Sequence record: SRR31156797_350 | DNA length: 56,183 nt | Reading direction: 5' to 3' (one strand) | In this document: one piece after another, positions 9,273 through 18,296 of the stretch | Numbering within the stretch: the stretch's first letter is position 1 | How the letters are laid out: each line of letters begins with the position of its first letter | Program-made: the position numbers and the translations under genes | The notes under the pieces: generated by a model | The model's database searches: none | Told to the model about the DNA's origin: nothing | What the model saw: only the letters and a program-made list of their open reading frames with translations

Positions 9273-9406
9273 TCAGATTCTTCATCTTCCTTCCTTTTAG
9301 TTTTTGATGGTCTTCCCAATTTGTAAAGAAGATATCCAATACCGATAAGAAAATGAAGAGCTACTATGCCCACAAGGACATAGATTAAGTTAGAATCTGT
9401 TCTCAT
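9269..9406 (-). CDS. 45-aa single-pass membrane microprotein (not in ORF track)
   Basis: Manual translation MRTDSNLIYVLVGIVALHFLIGIGYLLYKLGRPSKTKRKEDEESD*. One TM helix followed by a basic then acidic tail; AT-rich start context with A at -3; fills the intergenic gap. Confidence 0.7.
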   Translation of the reverse strand: MRTDSNLIYVLVGIVALHFLIGIGYLLYKLGRPSKTKRKEDEESD

Positions 9407-9436
9407 AATTATAAATTAAATTACACGCTCTGCAAG

Positions 9437-11917
9437 ATGGCAAAAATGCAGCAAGATACAAAAAACGCAATCTGTGTTCACTGTGGTGACGACTGTGGCA
9501 AGCATCCCGTAATGTGGGATGACAAAGCATTTTGTTGCAATGGCTGTTCTACAGTTTATCAATTGCTGCACGAAAATGAATTGTGTACGTACTACGATTT
9601 TGAATCCAATCCAGGAATTAAAGTAGAAAGTACCAAGTACAAGGAAAAATTTGCCTTTTTAGATGAAGCTGAAATAGCGGAACAACTGTATGATTTCTCG
9701 GAAGGTAATATTCGAAAAATCTCGCTATACATTCCAGCCATTCATTGTAGTTCCTGTATTTGGCTATTGGAAAATATAAGTATCCTCAACAAAGGAGTGC
9801 TTAAATCAATGGTCAACTTCGTGAAAAAAGAAGTAAGCATTACCTTCGATTCCGATCAAATTAGCATTCGTGAATTGGCTGAATTGCTATCCTCGATTCA
9901 TTACATTCCAGAGATTACTTTGGACAAACTGCAGGAAAAACAAAACAAAGATGTCAATAAGAAAATCCTTTATAAAATAGGGATTGCAGGCTTTTGTTTT
10001 GGAAATATCATGCTGCTTAGTCTGCCTGAGTATGTTCCCGGAAGTGAATATCTGGAATCTCATTTCAAGGATTTCTTTGGCATGATGAACTTCTTCCTGG
10101 TACTACCGGTTTTCTTGTATAGTGGAAATGATTATTTAAAATCAGCTTTTAAAGCCGTAAAACATCGATTCATAAATATTGATGTTCCAATTTCACTTGG
10201 AATTTTAACCTTGTTCTTCCAAAGTTCTTTTGAAATTTTCACAGGAACCGGATCGGGTTATATGGATTCTCTTACAGGTTTGATTTTTTTCCTACTAATT
10301 GGGAAATGGTATCAGAACAGAACCTATCAGGCTTTATCATTCGAAAGAGATTACCGTTCCTATTTTCCTGTTGCTGTTAGCAAGATGGAAGCTGGTGAAG
10401 AGGTAAGTATTCCGATCGAAAAACTGAAAAAGGGAGATATCATTTTGATTAGAAATCAGGAATTGATTCCTGCAGATAGTATTCTGACCAAAGGAGATGC
10501 CCAAATAGATTACAGTTTTGTAACTGGAGAATCGAATCCTGTTTTTAAAGAAGCGGGTGATCAAATATTTGCTGGAGGAAAACAAATGGGAAGTTCTATA
10601 GAATTAACCATTGAAAAAGATGTGGTTCAAAGTCGTTTGACTCAGCTTTGGAATCAATTCGAAGATGAAAACAAAGAAGCCTCGCGATTACATTCAATGA
10701 TCGATAGAATCAGTAAATATTTTACTGCAATAATCATTGCAATTGGAGCAATTGCCGGAATTTACTGGATGATGAACGATGTAAGTAAGGCTGTTTTTGC
10801 ATTTACTTCCGTCTTAATAGTTGCTTGTCCATGCGCTTTGGCACTATCTGCACCTTTCGCTTTGGGTAACACCATGCGCTTAATGGGACGATTGGGCATC
10901 TATCTGAAAGGTTCTGATGTAGCGGAAAAACTAAATTCCATTACTACCATCGTTTTCGATAAAACAGGTACGATTACCCAAGCCGATGAAATGAAAATTT
11001 CATTTAATGGAACTCTCTTAACTGATGAAGATATTATTGCAGTTAAATCTTTGACTAGGCATTCTACCCATATCTTAAGTGCTTCCCTATACGAATACTT
11101 TAAGGATATTAGTCCTGAAACCGTAGAGAATTACCAGGAATTGCCTTCTATGGGAATTTCAGGTAGGGTAAATAATCGTGATATCAAATTGGGTTCAGCC
11201 AAATTTATTTCAGAAGGTATTGCTGAAAGTAAATCCTTAACTACAGAAGTTTATTTATCGGTTGATGGAAATGTCAAAGGACATTTCACATTGAGCAATC
11301 AGTACCGAAGTGGATTGTCTGAGTTAATTGATAGCCTATCATCAAAATATGATCTTCATGTAATATCTGGCGACAATGACTCTGAAAAAGAGAACCTTGT
11401 AAGATTGTTTCCCGATGCCAGCAATATCAGATTCGATCAATCACCTAACGACAAATTGAACTACATTAACCAACTGAAGCAGAAAAATAAAAAAGTGTTG
11501 ATGATTGGTGATGGCTTGAACGATGCCGGTGCATTAAAATCGAGTGATCTGGGAATTTCAATTGCTGATGATGTATATCATTTCTCACCTGCTTGCGATG
11601 CCATTTTAGAATCTTCAAAATTTACGCAATTGGCAAAGTTTTTATCCATCTCAAAAAAGAGTATCTGGATTGTAAAAATGAGTTTTGTACTCTCCTTTTT
11701 GTATAATTTTGTTGGCTTGTATTTCGCCGTACAAGGAGTTTTATCTCCAATTATGGCAGCTTTATTAATGCCAATTAGTTCAGTCTCGATTGTAGCATTT
11801 ACAACCGTGACTACTAACATGATTGCAAAAAGCAAAGAGTCTGAAAATATAAATAAGAGTAAAAATAACAATGAGCTGTCTGCTGTTATTAAAGCAAAAT
11901 CAGTTCAATTAAATTAA
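9437..11917 (+). CDS. ccoI: cbb3 oxidase-associated Cu-type P1B ATPase (CcoI/FixI)
   Basis: N-terminal CVHC..FCCNGC and HCSSC metal sites; TGES, CPC, DKTGT and GDGLND motifs; heads the cco cluster. Confidence 0.9.
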   Translation: MAKMQQDTKNAICVHCGDDCGKHPVMWDDKAFCCNGCSTVYQLLHENELCTYYDFESNPGIKVESTKYKEKFAFLDEAEIAEQLYDFSEGNIRKISLYIPAIHCSSCIWLLENISILNKGVLKSMVNFVKKEVSITFDSDQISIRELAELLSSIHYIPEITLDKLQEKQNKDVNKKILYKIGIAGFCFGNIMLLSLPEYVPGSEYLESHFKDFFGMMNFFLVLPVFLYSGNDYLKSAFKAVKHRFINIDVPISLGILTLFFQSSFEIFTGTGSGYMDSLTGLIFFLLIGKWYQNRTYQALSFERDYRSYFPVAVSKMEAGEEVSIPIEKLKKGDIILIRNQELIPADSILTKGDAQIDYSFVTGESNPVFKEAGDQIFAGGKQMGSSIELTIEKDVVQSRLTQLWNQFEDENKEASRLHSMIDRISKYFTAIIIAIGAIAGIYWMMNDVSKAVFAFTSVLIVACPCALALSAPFALGNTMRLMGRLGIYLKGSDVAEKLNSITTIVFDKTGTITQADEMKISFNGTLLTDEDIIAVKSLTRHSTHILSASLYEYFKDISPETVENYQELPSMGISGRVNNRDIKLGSAKFISEGIAESKSLTTEVYLSVDGNVKGHFTLSNQYRSGLSELIDSLSSKYDLHVISGDNDSEKENLVRLFPDASNIRFDQSPNDKLNYINQLKQKNKKVLMIGDGLNDAGALKSSDLGISIADDVYHFSPACDAILESSKFTQLAKFLSISKKSIWIVKMSFVLSFLYNFVGLYFAVQGVLSPIMAALLMPISSVSIVAFTTVTTNMIAKSKESENINKSKNNNELSAVIKAKSVQLN

Positions 11918-11922
11918 TACAA

Positions 11923-12135
11923 ATGAGTGTATTGTTCGTTTTAATCGGTGTAAGCATGCTTGTAGCAGGAGGTTTCCTTGTTGGATTCCTTTGGGCTGTG
12001 AAGAAGGGACAATATGATGATTCCTATTCTCCTTCGGTTCGAATTCTATTTGACGACCAGGAAAAAGAAACACAAAAGGCAGAGAAGGAAAAAACTGAAA
12101 AAGAAAAAACAACTAAGAAGAACCATAAATCTTAA
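11923..12135 (+). CDS. ccoS: cbb3 oxidase maturation protein CcoS/FixS
   Basis: TM helix followed by FLWAVKKGQYDD...SVRILFDD. Confidence 0.92.
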   Translation: MSVLFVLIGVSMLVAGGFLVGFLWAVKKGQYDDSYSPSVRILFDDQEKETQKAEKEKTEKEKTTKKNHKS

Positions 12136-12139
12136 TTTA

Positions 12140-14269
12140 ATGGAAACACAACACTTTTCGTACGACAACAAAATCGTGAAGTTTTTCGCCTACGCAACCA
12201 TAATTTGGGGTGTAGTTGGAATGTTAGTAGGGCTTTTAGCCGCTCTGCAATTGGCATTCCCGATTTTTAATTTCAATCTGGCATATACCAGTTTTGGTAG
12301 AATTCGCCCTATTCATACCAATGCTGTAATTTTTGCATTTGTAGGAAATGGAATATTCACAGCTGTTTACTATTCGCTTCAGCGTTTACTTAAAGCCAGA
12401 ATGTTTAGCGATAAATTAAGCTGGATCCATTTCTGGGGCTGGCAAGCAATTATTGTTTCTGCTGCCATAACATTTGTTTTGGGTATCACAACCAGTAAAG
12501 AATACGCTGAATTGGAGTGGCCAATTGATATTGCCATTACAATTATTTGGGTGGTTTTTGGTTGGAACATGTTCGGCACCATTCTGAGACGGAGAGCAGA
12601 TCACTTGTATGTTGCCATATGGTTCTATATCGCAACCTTTGTAACCGTTGCCGTGCTTCATATCGGTAACTCTATTGCATTACCATACAGTTGGATTCAG
12701 TCTTATCCGGTATACGCTGGTGTTCAGGATGCACTGGTTCAATGGTGGTACGGACACAATGCGGTTGCATTCTTCCTTACTACTCCTTATTTGGGATTGA
12801 TGTACTACTTTTTACCAAAGGCTGCGAATCGTCCGGTATATTCTTATCGCTTATCGATCATTCACTTTTGGGCACTAGTATTCCTATATATTTGGGCAGG
12901 TCCTCATCACTTACTTTACACTTCTTTGCCTGATTGGGCACAATCATTAGGTGTTGTATTCTCGATTATGCTTCTTGCTCCATCGTGGGGTGGAATGTTC
13001 AACGGTTTACTAACACTTCGTGGTGCCTGGGATAAAGTACGTGACAGTGCTACCTTAAAGTTTATGGTGGTTGCAGTAACCTGCTACGGTATGTCAACAT
13101 TCGAGGGACCAATGATGTCTCTTAAATGGGTTAACTCGCTAACACACTATACCGACTGGACAATTGCTCACGTACACATTGGTGCAATGGGATGGAATGG
13201 ATTCTTAACGTTTGGAATGCTATACTATCTGTTCCCAAAAATGTGGAATACAAAATTGTACTCAGAAAAATTGGCCAATGCTCACTTCTGGATTGGAACT
13301 TTAGGTATGATTTTCTATGCTCTTCCTTTATATTGGGGAGCTGTAGTTCAAACTTTAATGTGGAAAGAATTTACTCCAGACGGATTGTTAGCTTACCCTA
13401 ACTTCCTAGAGACAATTACCCAGATTTTACCAATGTATCACGCAAGAGTATTTGGTGGACTTCTTTATTTCTCTGGATTATTCTTAATGGTTTATAACCT
13501 GTTCAAAACAGCTGCATCGGGTAAATGTTTGGATAACGAAGAGGCTTCAGCTCCAGCAATTGTAACCGATACAAAACGTAGCAAGAGCGAAGGTTTACAC
13601 CGTTGGTTAGAAAGAAAACCAATTCAGTTTATGATTTTAGCTACTGTAGCAATCTTAATTGGTGGTGCATTCGAAATTGTTCCTACTTATCTGATTAAAT
13701 CAAATATTCCTACAATTGAAAGTGTGAAACCATATACTCCACTAGAATTGCAAGGTAGAGATATTTATATCCGTGAAGGTTGTAATACTTGTCACTCGCA
13801 AATGGTTCGTCCGTTCCGTTCGGAAACTGAACGATATGGTGAGTACTCAAAAGCTGGTGAGTCGGTATACAATCATCCACACTTATGGGGATCGAAGCGT
13901 ACCGGACCAGATTTGGCTCGCACCGGAGTACCTGGAGGTAAAATGTACAAAACAAATGTTTGGCATTTCAATCACATGCTCGATCCGCAAAAAATGAATG
14001 CTCAATCTATTATGCCAGCTTATCCATGGCTTATAAAAGATGAATTGGACACATCTGAAACTGCAGCTAAAATTAGAGCAATGATGACCTTAGGAGTTCC
14101 ATATCCGGAAGGATACGATCAAATTGCTAACGATGACTTGAAGAAACAAGCAGAAGAAATTGCTGCTGATTTGAAAAAATCGGGTGTTGAGGTAGCAAGC
14201 GATAAAGAAATTTTAGCTCTGATTGCCTACTTACAACGTTTAGGTAGAGATATTTCAGTACAAGAATAG
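12140..14269 (+). CDS. ccoNO: Fused cbb3-type cytochrome c oxidase subunits I/II (CcoN-CcoO)
   Basis: Start METQHFSY at 12140. RPIHTN, WWYGHNAVAF, GPHH and HVH metal ligands; CcoO part GRDIYIREGCNTCHSQMVRP and WGSKRTGPDL. Confidence 0.96.
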   Translation: METQHFSYDNKIVKFFAYATIIWGVVGMLVGLLAALQLAFPIFNFNLAYTSFGRIRPIHTNAVIFAFVGNGIFTAVYYSLQRLLKARMFSDKLSWIHFWGWQAIIVSAAITFVLGITTSKEYAELEWPIDIAITIIWVVFGWNMFGTILRRRADHLYVAIWFYIATFVTVAVLHIGNSIALPYSWIQSYPVYAGVQDALVQWWYGHNAVAFFLTTPYLGLMYYFLPKAANRPVYSYRLSIIHFWALVFLYIWAGPHHLLYTSLPDWAQSLGVVFSIMLLAPSWGGMFNGLLTLRGAWDKVRDSATLKFMVVAVTCYGMSTFEGPMMSLKWVNSLTHYTDWTIAHVHIGAMGWNGFLTFGMLYYLFPKMWNTKLYSEKLANAHFWIGTLGMIFYALPLYWGAVVQTLMWKEFTPDGLLAYPNFLETITQILPMYHARVFGGLLYFSGLFLMVYNLFKTAASGKCLDNEEASAPAIVTDTKRSKSEGLHRWLERKPIQFMILATVAILIGGAFEIVPTYLIKSNIPTIESVKPYTPLELQGRDIYIREGCNTCHSQMVRPFRSETERYGEYSKAGESVYNHPHLWGSKRTGPDLARTGVPGGKMYKTNVWHFNHMLDPQKMNAQSIMPAYPWLIKDELDTSETAAKIRAMMTLGVPYPEGYDQIANDDLKKQAEEIAADLKKSGVEVASDKEILALIAYLQRLGRDISVQE

Positions 14270-14342
14270 ACATGATAGTAGATGTGAGAATTGATTCAAA
14301 TCCTTATTTCAATTCTCATATCTTATCTAAAATCTGGAAAAT

Positions 14343-14543
14343 ATGAAATTAGTTAGTCATTATTTACGAAGCATATCGGATGTTGGATTTTTTCCAAGCA
14401 TCTCTTTGCTCATCTTCTTTTTATTTTTTGCCGGAATGTTATGGTGGGTTTTCAAAAAAAGCAACAAAACATTCTTTACTGAAATGGAAAGTTATGCTCT
14501 TGACGATGATGGAACAAATTCATCTTCGGAAGCAATAGAATAA
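14343..14543 (+). CDS. ccoQ: cbb3 oxidase subunit CcoQ
   Basis: 66 aa, single TM (SLLIFFLFFAGMLWWV), between ccoO and ccoP. Confidence 0.8.
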   Translation: MKLVSHYLRSISDVGFFPSISLLIFFLFFAGMLWWVFKKSNKTFFTEMESYALDDDGTNSSSEAIE

Positions 14544-14565
14544 AAATGCCCTAAATCACGATAAA

Positions 14566-15132
14566 ATGGAGAAAAAAGATAAATTCCTTGAAGAACACGA
14601 ACACCTAATCAGCGACCATGATTATGATGGCATCAAAGAATTAAATAATCCAATGCCAACCTGGTGGCGTTACCTTTTTTATGCTACTATAGTATTCTCT
14701 GCTGTATACATGTTTCGCTACCATGTTTTTGGCGATGATCTTCAAATTGATGAATACAACAAAGAAATGGCATTAGCCGAAGCAAATAAACCAAAACCTA
14801 AATTTGATGAAAATGCTTTAGTTTTAATGACCGATGCAGCCAATTTGGAAAAGGGGAAAGCCATTTACGATAAGAACTGTATTGCTTGCCATGGAGCATT
14901 AGGAGAAGGAAATGCAATTGGACCAAACCTAACAGATAAATATTGGCTTAATGGTGGTAGCCTTGAAGATGTTTACCAAATTATAAAAGTAGGTAAACCT
15001 TTAAAAGGCATGTTGGCATGGCAAAATCAATTATCACCAGAACAAATGCTACAAGTCTCAAGTTACACTATGAGTCTTGTAGGAACTAATCCTCCTAATG
15101 CAAGAGAAGCTCAAGGTGAACTGATAGAATAA
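14566..15132 (+). CDS. ccoP: cbb3 oxidase subunit III (short, monoheme CcoP)
   Basis: HDYDGIKELNNPMPTWW FixP N-terminus; single CIACH; GPNLTD.YW; GMLAW. Confidence 0.9.
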   Translation: MEKKDKFLEEHEHLISDHDYDGIKELNNPMPTWWRYLFYATIVFSAVYMFRYHVFGDDLQIDEYNKEMALAEANKPKPKFDENALVLMTDAANLEKGKAIYDKNCIACHGALGEGNAIGPNLTDKYWLNGGSLEDVYQIIKVGKPLKGMLAWQNQLSPEQMLQVSSYTMSLVGTNPPNAREAQGELIE

Positions 15133-15137
15133 CTTTT

Positions 15138-15199
15138 AAGCTACAAGCTATAAGCTTCAAGCAAATGAACTTGAGGCTTGAGACTTGAAACTTGAAGCT
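15138..15199. repeat. Opposed heptamer tandem repeats
   Basis: (AAGCTHY)x3+AAGC followed by (RCTTGAR)x4; the two arrays are partly complementary. Confidence 0.7.
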
Positions 15200-15218
15200 A
15201 ATCAATAAACAAAACAAA

Positions 15219-16616
15219 ATGGCTCCTAAAAATCCATATACTGGATATCGCGATCAACTAGCAACACTAAATGAAAGTGGAAAAAGAAATTGGGTATACG
15301 CTCAAAAACCCAAAGGAAAACTATACAACTACCGAAATATAGTAAGTTATACCTTGTTGTTTTTACTTTTTACCATTCCATTTGTAAAGTTGAATGGAGA
15401 GCCCTTTTTGTTATTTAATATTTTAGAGAGAAAATTCATTCTATTTGGCGTTCAATTCTGGCCACAAGATTTTCATCTCTTTCTCTATTCCATGATTACT
15501 CTTTTTGTGTTCGTGGTACTTTTTACTGTAAGTTATGGACGTATTTGGTGTGGATGGACTTGTCCACAAACTGTTTTTCTGGAATTTATATTTCGAAAAA
15601 TCGAATACCTAATTGAAGGAAATCCTAGTCAACAAAGGAAATTGGATGCCCAGTCGATGAATTTCAGTAAGTTCTGGAAAAAGACATTGAAGCTTGGACT
15701 TTTTTACGCCATTTGCTTTTCCATTACAAATGCTTTTCTCTCCTACATTATAGGTGTTGATCAGTTAATTGAAATAATAAAAGCTCCTATCTCCGATCAT
15801 AGAGTTGGTTTTACTATGGCTGTATTATTTTCAGGAGTAATGTTCTTTGTTTTTACGAAACTACGAGAACAAGTTTGTACCATGATTTGTCCTTATGGTA
15901 GATTGCAAGGTGTTCTTCTGGATTCCAATTCCATTGTTGTAGCTTACGACTACAAACGTGGAGAAGAAAGAGCTCCACTTGAAGCTGGTGAAGATAGAGA
16001 GGAAGATGGCAAAGGAGATTGTATTGATTGCTATCAATGTGTTGATGTTTGTCCGACAGGAATTGATGTTCGTGATGGTACTCAATTGGAATGTATCAAC
16101 TGCACTGCCTGTATTGACGAGTGTAACTCGGTAATGGATTGGATAGGAAAACCAAAGGGTTTAATTCGATTCGATTCTGAAAAAAACATTGCCGAAGGCA
16201 GAAAGCAAAAATGGCCTGCTCGAAAAATTGCATATACCGCTGTTCTATGTGTTTTATTAGGAGTTGTAGCAACATTATTTACTTTAAGAACCGACTTAGA
16301 AGCCATTATCCTAAGAACTCCTGGTTTAATGTATCAGCAACAAGAGAATGGTATTAGTAATATGTATAGCTTTAAAATTGTAAATAAAACCAACTTCGAC
16401 ACACCAATATATTTTAAAATTATGAATCATGATGGAGAAATTAAGGTGATTGGTGAAGAGTTTAAAGCTGGAGCGAGTTCGATAAAAGAAGGTGTATTTT
16501 TTGCAATTTTACCACAAAAAGAAATTACCAGCGATAATATTCCAATAACAATAGGAGTATTTGCTGACAAAAATTTAATTGAAGAAGTGGAACTTACCTT
16601 TGTAGGTCCGAATTAA
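15219..16616 (+). CDS. ccoG: cbb3 oxidase accessory Fe-S membrane protein CcoG/FixG
   Basis: GRIWCGWTCPQTVF, REQVCTMICPYGRLQ, CIDCYQCVDVCPTGIDVR and ECINCTACIDEC; start MAPKN. Confidence 0.93.
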   Translation: MAPKNPYTGYRDQLATLNESGKRNWVYAQKPKGKLYNYRNIVSYTLLFLLFTIPFVKLNGEPFLLFNILERKFILFGVQFWPQDFHLFLYSMITLFVFVVLFTVSYGRIWCGWTCPQTVFLEFIFRKIEYLIEGNPSQQRKLDAQSMNFSKFWKKTLKLGLFYAICFSITNAFLSYIIGVDQLIEIIKAPISDHRVGFTMAVLFSGVMFFVFTKLREQVCTMICPYGRLQGVLLDSNSIVVAYDYKRGEERAPLEAGEDREEDGKGDCIDCYQCVDVCPTGIDVRDGTQLECINCTACIDECNSVMDWIGKPKGLIRFDSEKNIAEGRKQKWPARKIAYTAVLCVLLGVVATLFTLRTDLEAIILRTPGLMYQQQENGISNMYSFKIVNKTNFDTPIYFKIMNHDGEIKVIGEEFKAGASSIKEGVFFAILPQKEITSDNIPITIGVFADKNLIEEVELTFVGPN

Positions 16617-16627
16617 GAAATAAGCAT

Positions 16628-17074
16628 ATGAAAAAGTTGAGTTGGGGGACAAAACTAGGACTTGGGGCATCGATATATGTTATTGGTGTATTGATATTTG
16701 TTGGATTTAGCACCACACAAAAAATCAATTTGGTATCGAAAGATTACTATCCTAAAGAAGTGAAATATCAAGAGCAGATTAATAAAATAAAAAATGCTCA
16801 ACAAATGCCGACTTCAATTCTTATAGAACAAGTCGGAGAAAATATTGAAGTGAAATTTCCTAAGGAAATGCATTCTGGAGTTGAAGGAAATATCGTTTTG
16901 TATCGCCCGGCAGATTACGAATCGGATATGAAATATCAAATTGCATTAAACGATAGTGGCGTACATACTTTAAGCACAAATAATCTTTTGAAAGGAAGAT
17001 ATACCGTACAAATCGATTGGAAGCATAATGAAGTAGCTTATTATAAGGAAGAGGCGATTTATTTAAGTAAGTAG
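16628..17074 (+). CDS. ccoH: FixH/CcoH family protein
   Basis: SWG + TM + LVSKDYY..E..YQ; LYRP; position after ccoG. Confidence 0.82.
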   Translation: MKKLSWGTKLGLGASIYVIGVLIFVGFSTTQKINLVSKDYYPKEVKYQEQINKIKNAQQMPTSILIEQVGENIEVKFPKEMHSGVEGNIVLYRPADYESDMKYQIALNDSGVHTLSTNNLLKGRYTVQIDWKHNEVAYYKEEAIYLSK

Positions 17075-17101
17075 ATTGAGGTCGTTAAACAAAAATAATA
17101 A

Positions 17102-17830
17102 ATGGTTTATATATCAGCATTAACTTTAGGACTTTTGGGCAGTTTTCACTGCGTAGGAATGTGTGGTCCAATAGCCTTGGCTATTCCATTGAAAACCGAT
17201 TCATGGTTAGCAAGAATTTTTGGAGGCGTTTTGTACAACCTAGGTAGAGCTATTACTTATGCATTAATGGGTGCCGTATTCGGATTATTGGGTCGCGGAT
17301 TGGTGATGAGTGGTTTTCAGCAATGGATTTCCGTAATTATGGGAGCCATCATGATACTTTCGGTAATCACTCCATCTATCTATAAAAACAGGTTCAATGC
17401 CGATAAAGGTGTTTTCTCATTTGTTGGAAAGGTGAAAATGTCACTCGGAAAGTTGTTTGCAAAACGAAGCTATGGAGCTTTACTAATGATCGGTCTGCTT
17501 AACGGATTACTTCCATGTGGATTGGTTTATTTTGCAATTGCTGGTGCCATTGCAACTGGATCATCAATTAGTGGAAGTCTTTTCATGTTTATTTTCGGAC
17601 TGGGAACTCTACCCATGTTACTTGCCATTTCTTTAATTGGGAACATGATTACTCTGGAATTAAGAAAAAAAATCACCAAATTAATTCCTTATGCAATTGT
17701 GTTTATTGGTGTACTCTTTATACTGCGAGGATTAAGTCTTGGTATTCCTTACCTAAGTCCTCCGGAAAAAGCAATGACCATACCAGTTGAACAAGCTGAT
17801 GAAGAGCAAAAACCTTCTTGCTGTCATTAA
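17102..17830 (+). CDS. DsbD_2 / TauE-like membrane protein of cco clusters
   Basis: GSFHCVGMCGP, YNLGR, NGLLPCGLVY and FGLGT motifs; C-terminal CCH. Confidence 0.85.
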   Translation: MVYISALTLGLLGSFHCVGMCGPIALAIPLKTDSWLARIFGGVLYNLGRAITYALMGAVFGLLGRGLVMSGFQQWISVIMGAIMILSVITPSIYKNRFNADKGVFSFVGKVKMSLGKLFAKRSYGALLMIGLLNGLLPCGLVYFAIAGAIATGSSISGSLFMFIFGLGTLPMLLAISLIGNMITLELRKKITKLIPYAIVFIGVLFILRGLSLGIPYLSPPEKAMTIPVEQADEEQKPSCCH

Positions 17831-17832
17831 AT

Positions 17833-18213
17833 ATGGATAAAGTTGAAGAATACATATACAATTGTGAAGGTGAACAACAAGAAATTTTGTTACAGCTTCA
17901 CAATTTGCTTTTATCTTTCCCTCATGTAGTAGCCAAGTTCAAATACAAAGTTCCATTTTATTACCGCAAATCCTGGGTTTGTTATTTGCTTGCAAATAAA
18001 AATGGAACTGTTGAGTTATCCTTTACAAGAGCTAGAGAGCTAGAAGATGATCTCAAAGTATTAGACTTTAAAGATCGGAAAATGGTAGCCAGTGTTTCCA
18101 TTTCCAAACCAAGCGATATCAATGATAAAACTGTTTCAATCATTCAGGAAGCTCTCATTCTCGATGATACGGTTCCATACACCAAACAGTGGTTTGGAAA
18201 AAGTAAGAAATAG
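17833..18213 (+). CDS. DUF1801-like protein
   Basis: VEEYI..., KFKYKVPFYY..SWVCYL and EAL.LD pattern. Confidence 0.65.
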   Translation: MDKVEEYIYNCEGEQQEILLQLHNLLLSFPHVVAKFKYKVPFYYRKSWVCYLLANKNGTVELSFTRARELEDDLKVLDFKDRKMVASVSISKPSDINDKTVSIIQEALILDDTVPYTKQWFGKSKK

Positions 18214-18296
18214 ATTATTTGCAATCTGTTTTGATGATAAAGTTTAACACTCAAATTTTATCCTTAATTTCGCCTCGAATTTTCGAAGAAACTGTA

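Noticed and set aside
12014-12139. Lys/Arg-rich N-terminal extension of CcoN in the ORF track
   Set aside because: It is an alternative frame of the A-rich ccoS tail; ATG 12140 follows the ccoS stop and gives a normal CcoN start.
12140-14269. CcoN-CcoO fusion as a novelty
   Set aside because: This fusion is the usual arrangement in Bacteroidota cbb3 oxidases.
15138-15199. CRISPR array
   Set aside because: Repeats are 7-mers without spacers, and no cas genes are present.
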